NCBI GenBank assembly: GCA_963833985.1
Contig: CAWIAD010000001.1
Span: 1,088,001-1,152,000 of the forward strand
Length of the DNA stretch: 64,000 nt
From: an uncultured Planctomycetaceae bacterium
GTDB lineage: Bacteria; Planctomycetota; Planctomycetia; Isosphaerales; Isosphaeraceae
Reading direction: 5' to 3'
Positions within the stretch are counted from its first letter, which is position 1, and every line of letters begins with the position of its first letter. The translations under genes and the position numbers were made by a program. Positions 59,705 through 64,000 of this stretch are shown here, piece after piece. The notes beneath the pieces are model-generated. The model searched no databases. It saw nothing but the letters and a program-made list of their open reading frames with translations, and was not told the DNA's origin.

Positions 59705-61044
59705 TCACAGGCTCATCGTCGCCATCCCTTCGGCGCGGTCCTGCCCGATGCCCAGCTCGCCGTCTTCCTGCCCGATGCCCAGCCAGAAGAAGGCGCCGAG
59801 CAGGCAGATGATGGCGCCCAGGGCGACGGCGTAGCCCCAGCCGTAATACTGTCCGACCCAGGGTGTGAGCACCGGTGCCAGCATGCCTCCCGCATTGCCG
59901 CCGGTGTTCAGGAGCCCCGCGGCGCTCCCCCCGCGGCGGGCGCCCAGCTCGATGGCCGTCACCCAGAACGGTCCTTCGGCCATCCCCACCGCCCCCAGCG
60001 CCAGCGCGAACCAGGTGACGATCCAGGCCGGATCACGCGCGGCGATCCCCAGGATGAGCAGCCCCGCGCCCGCCAGCATGCCTGCCATGGGGACGACCCT
60101 GCGCCGCGGTGCGCACCCAGCACCGTTTCCAGCCGATCCGTCAGCCAGCCGCCCAGCGGCATGCCCACCGCCATCGCCAGCGGCGGAATCGCCGCGTAAG
60201 CGCGGCTGCGGGCTTCGGGAAGAGCCAGCACGGTCTTGAAGTAGTAGTTCATCCAGTAAAAGAACAGGTACTGGAAGTATCCCACCGCGCCATAGCTCAG
60301 GGTGAGCAGCAGCAGGCCTCGATTCCTCAGCAGGCTCCACCAGGAGACGTGCCGGTGCGGAGATGTGGCAGGGCTCGCAATGCCTTGCTCGCCCGGCGGC
60401 TGGCGGCTGCTGCCTGTGGCAACGCAGGCGTGCCAGTGCCAGAACAGTGCCAGCACGAGCGTCAGCGCGGAAGCAATGAGGAAGGCTGCCGGCCAGTCGA
60501 ACCGGTCAATGAGCGCGCCGAAGAGCAGGGGCGTGATCGCCACCCCCACGAGCGCGGAACCGTTCACCAGCCCGTTGGCGCGCGACCGGCCGCCGGGCGG
60601 AACGTGACGCCCGATGGCCGCAGCGCACGCCGGGTAGAGCGGCGCCGAGACCGCCCCCATGAGCCCGCGCACGGCCAGCAGCGCAGGGAACGCGGCCGCG
60701 CCCGCCGTGATCGCCAGACCGATCACGCCCGTGAGCGCCACGAAGATGCTCGATACCGCCAGCACCGCCCGCAGCGCCGCACGGGGGCCCACGCGGTCGA
60801 TGTAGAGGCCGCCGGGAATCATCATCAGGGTGTAAGCCATCAGGAACGCGGAATAGACGGTGCCCATCCGCGTGGGCGAGTAATCGTACTGAGCCATGAT
60901 CCGCGTGTCGCCGGCCGTGGCAATGCTCACGCGATTGGCATAGCAGACCAGTGAGACCGCCATGAGCAACGGAACGATGACCCGGCTGATCCGGGGCGTG
61001 TCCGTTTCGTACTGCGGCCGGATAGGATGTGGTGTGCTCGGCAC
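59705..61044 (-). CDS. MFS transporter, ACS-like (frameshift near 60100)
   Basis: CYANRVSI, SAFLMAY..IPGG..DRVGPR and NTGGNAGG motifs. Confidence 0.88.
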
Positions 61045-61133
61045 GGCCGTTCCCCGGGACGTTCGGGCGTGGACCTGAGTGATTCGCCAGGGGCCTACAG
61101 TACAGAGTTCCCCCCAGCTTCGAGAATAGAGCA

Positions 61134-62288
61134 ATGAACACTTTTGAACGACCGGGCGTCATCAGCGACCTGAAGATCAAGGATGTCGAGGCCATCTACG
61201 TGCGTCTCCCGGAGGTGAAGTCTCAGTGTGACAGCGGTCAGGACGCACTGATCGTGAAGGTGACGACCGACGCCGGCATCGTCGGCTACGGCGAGGTGGA
61301 CTCCGCGCCCCTGGCCGTCAAGGGAGCCATCGAGGGGCCGTTCTCGCACACGGTCACCACCGGCCTGAAGCACCTGCTGATCGGCGCCGATCCGTTCCAG
61401 ACGGAATACCTCTGGCAGAGGATGTACCGGGCAAACATTTACTCCGGCCGGCGCGGGATCGCCATCCACGCGATGAGCGGCATCGACCTGGCGCTCTGGG
61501 ACATCAAGGGCAAGGCCCTGGGCCTGCCCGTCTGGAAGCTGCTCGGCGGCGGCTTCACGCGGACGCTGCGGCCGTACGCCAGCTCGCTCTTCGGCGCCAC
61601 GCCACATGAAACCGGTGAAAGGGCTCGCAGGTTTGCTGCGCAGGGTTTCACGGCGGTCAAGTTCGGCTGGGACCCGATGGGCCGCGACGCCGCCACCGAT
61701 GTGGCCCTGGTGTGCGAGGCCCGCACCGGGCTGGGACCCGAGCTCGACCTCATGATCGATGCCGGCCTGGCCTTTGATGCCAAGACGGCCATCCAGCGTG
61801 CCCGGGCTTTCGAGCCGTACAACCTGTTCTGGCTCGAGGAGCCGCTTGCCCCCGACGATTACCTTGGCTATGCCAGGCTGGCCGCGGCCACGGACCTGCG
61901 GATCGCGGCCGGCGAGGAGGAGAGCGAACGGCGCTCGTTCCAGCACCTCATGGATGTTGGAAAGATCGACGTGGTCCAGGTGGACCTGACGCGCTGCGGC
62001 GGGTTCACCGAAGCCATGAAGATCGCCTCACTGGCCGCGGACCGCGGCCTGCCGGTGGTCAACCACGGCTTCACCACCTATCTCAACGTCGCGGCCGCGC
62101 TCCATTTCCTGGCGAGCATTCCCAACACGCTGGGCCTGCTCGAGTTCGTCGCGCAGCAGGGGACGGACCTGCGCCACGAGATCAGCGAGCCGATCCGCGC
62201 CGTCGACGGCCGCGTCGCCGTTCTCGACGCGCCGGGCCTGGGAATCGAGGTCCACGAGGAGGGCCTTCAGAAGCTCCGGGTCGCCTGA
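61134..62288 (+). CDS. Mandelate racemase/muconate lactonizing enzyme family (acid-sugar dehydratase-like)
   Basis: SGIDLALWDIKGK, MIDAG, WLEEP, AGEE, QVD and NH motifs. Confidence 0.92.
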   Translation: MNTFERPGVISDLKIKDVEAIYVRLPEVKSQCDSGQDALIVKVTTDAGIVGYGEVDSAPLAVKGAIEGPFSHTVTTGLKHLLIGADPFQTEYLWQRMYRANIYSGRRGIAIHAMSGIDLALWDIKGKALGLPVWKLLGGGFTRTLRPYASSLFGATPHETGERARRFAAQGFTAVKFGWDPMGRDAATDVALVCEARTGLGPELDLMIDAGLAFDAKTAIQRARAFEPYNLFWLEEPLAPDDYLGYARLAAATDLRIAAGEEESERRSFQHLMDVGKIDVVQVDLTRCGGFTEAMKIASLAADRGLPVVNHGFTTYLNVAAALHFLASIPNTLGLLEFVAQQGTDLRHEISEPIRAVDGRVAVLDAPGLGIEVHEEGLQKLRVA

Positions 62289-62847
62289 ACCACGGAGAAG
62301 AATATGAAGCGAATCAAACAACTAGTGTATGAAAACCACGGTCAACACGCAGGAAGGAGCGCAAGAGAGCATGGTTCGACTCTCTTTCCGGGTGGTTCGC
62401 TCTGACAGAAAGGCTGCGGAGAGCCAGGGCAGCGATCAACGTTTGCGGGCGTGGGCGCGCTGGCCCAGACCGAGCCCGATGCCGCTCACGCCCGGGAAGA
62501 GCTCGGCACCCGAGCCGACCGGGCCGCGGTGTTCGGCCAGGTACTCCGTCGGGGAAAGCACCGGCTCGAGCCCGAGCCGCTGGCGCTGGCGCGGCGGTCG
62601 TAGAGGACGATGTTGACAGTTCCGGCAGGCTCGGTGTCGCCACGAACGGTGAGGTGGTCCGTCCTGTGTGCGGGATCCGCTCCTCGACGCCGGTGTGCCG
62701 ATCGGCAGGCTCGCCAAGGCACCTCGCAACCAAAGCGTGCTCGCGAGATAATTGTCGCTCGGAGCTGCCGGGGACGGAGACGAACGCAGCGCCCGGGTCG
62801 CTCGGAAGGAGAACCACTTACGATCAACCTCGAAACGACACGATGCG

Positions 62848-64000
62848 ATGAACCCAATCGCCGATGACGTGACACCAGTCCAGCCGACGATCGACTATTC
62901 CACTGCACCGCCCGCCCAACCGCCGTGGCCGGCTGCGACTCCCCGATCTCTGGGCTCCGGGGAGAGTGCTGGATTGCCGCGGGTGGAAGTCGTGGCCGGC
63001 AGCGGCGTCCACATGTCCGAAGGGACGCGCTCGCTGCTGCACGTCCGCCTCCGTGCCGTTGCGCTGGCCATGTCGTGTGCCTTCGGCGCGTTCCTCGTGC
63101 GCGGCATCTGGATCGCCGGCCATTACCTGGACCCGTTCATCCTGTGCTTCCATGTGGCCGTCGTCACCGCCTTCGTCGCCAGTTTCATCGGCTTATCGGG
63201 CCAGCGACCCATCAGCCTGGGATCGCTGCGCACGCTGGAGCTGTTCCTGTTCGGTATGACGATCGCGTTCTTCGTGACGATCCACTATCGTCTGGTCCAG
63301 CTCCGCGCCGTCCAGGGTGACAGCGTCATGCTCATGGCGACCATCAAGAACACCGTCCTCTTCGTTTTCGCCATGATCGTCCTCTATGGCATGTTCATAC
63401 CGAATACCTGGCCGCGGGCCGCGGCCGTCGTCAGTACGATGCTCGCGGCGACACTTCTGAGCCCGCTTGCGCTGCGGGTCTTTCACCCCTCACTCTTCCA
63501 GTTCGCTGCCCCACTGCTGACGTTCGAGGTCGTCAGCGAGAACGTCCTGATGCTGGCGATCGGGGCCGGGGTGACGGTCTACGCCAGCCGCATCATTCAT
63601 TCGCTGCGCCTCGAGGTTTTTCAAGCCCGCCAGCTCAATCAGTACCAGCTCAAGGGACGGCTCGGCGCCGGGGGAATGGGCGTGGTTTACCTGGCCGAGC
63701 ACCAGTTGCTGAAGCGCCCCTGCGCCATCAAGCTCATCGCCGCTGACCGCGCTGGTGACCCGAAGGCCCTTGCCAGGTTCGAGCGCGAGGTGCGCACGAC
63801 GGCCCGGCTGTCACACCCCAACACCGTCGAGATTTACGATTACGGGCGAACCGACGACGGCACCTTCTATTACGTCATGGAGCTTCTCGACGGCCTGAAC
63901 CTGGCCGACCTTGTGGAACGCCACGGGCCGCTGCCGCCCGGCCGAGCCATCTTCCTGCTTCGCCAGGCGTGCGGTGCGCTGGGCGAGGCTCATGCCGCCG
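62848..64000 (+). CDS. Membrane-bound Ser/Thr protein kinase (runs off the window; absent from the ORF track)
   Basis: Open frame from ATG 62848; several TM helices, then LGAGGMGVVYLAEH..AIKLI..RFEREV..HPNTVEIYDYG..YYVMELL. Confidence 0.92.
   Translation, partial: MNPIADDVTPVQPTIDYSTAPPAQPPWPAATPRSLGSGESAGLPRVEVVAGSGVHMSEGTRSLLHVRLRAVALAMSCAFGAFLVRGIWIAGHYLDPFILCFHVAVVTAFVASFIGLSGQRPISLGSLRTLELFLFGMTIAFFVTIHYRLVQLRAVQGDSVMLMATIKNTVLFVFAMIVLYGMFIPNTWPRAAAVVSTMLAATLLSPLALRVFHPSLFQFAAPLLTFEVVSENVLMLAIGAGVTVYASRIIHSLRLEVFQARQLNQYQLKGRLGAGGMGVVYLAEHQLLKRPCAIKLIAADRAGDPKALARFEREVRTTARLSHPNTVEIYDYGRTDDGTFYYVMELLDGLNLADLVERHGPLPPGRAIFLLRQACGALGEAHAA

Noticed and set aside
62300..62800. Possible small gene(s) between the enolase-family gene and the kinase
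   Set aside because: Several short competing frames on both strands, none with a recognisable motif; cannot be supported.

Overview
High-GC bacterial DNA, most likely a planctomycete of the Isosphaera/Singulisphaera/Aquisphaera type. This is inferred from a DUF1559 prepilin-like gene, an LEDRxLLS extracellular motif, a planctomycete-type ECF sigma factor, FHA proteins and a membrane Ser/Thr kinase. About 20 genes carry 1-2 nt frameshifts, including housekeeping genes, which points to uncorrected long-read errors rather than real pseudogenes. In order, the window holds: the 3' part of glmS; a SAM-I riboswitch operon (ThrC-like enzyme, capped MoaD/CysO-like sulfur carrier, ThiF/MoeB, cysteine desulfurase); a decayed IS3 element next to a lower-GC islet of small proteins with an RRM gene; a GT4 glycosyltransferase; a DUF2934/degenerate-HNH fusion; an ABC1 kinase, a VOC protein and a STAS protein; a DUF2946 CxxC/RAPP leader upstream of a Tat-exported copper storage protein; an FHA-GAF-PP2C phosphatase and an ECF sigma factor; TrmH; an ABC transporter; nifJ with a DHODH-like gene; a ~1350-aa GH64-like secreted protein; a composite octamer-array/REP element; maltokinase; a fused spermidine synthase-like protein; TlpA; a MoxR/DUF58/DUF4350/DUF4129 operon split by a DUF1559 cassette; a ~1045-aa unknown protein; a PIG-L/MFS/enolase cluster; and a partial Ser/Thr kinase. 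The best candidates for under-described systems are the SAM-regulated sulfur-carrier operon, the copper leader-peptide/Csp unit and the octamer/REP element. All family calls come from motif recognition by eye; no database search was run.
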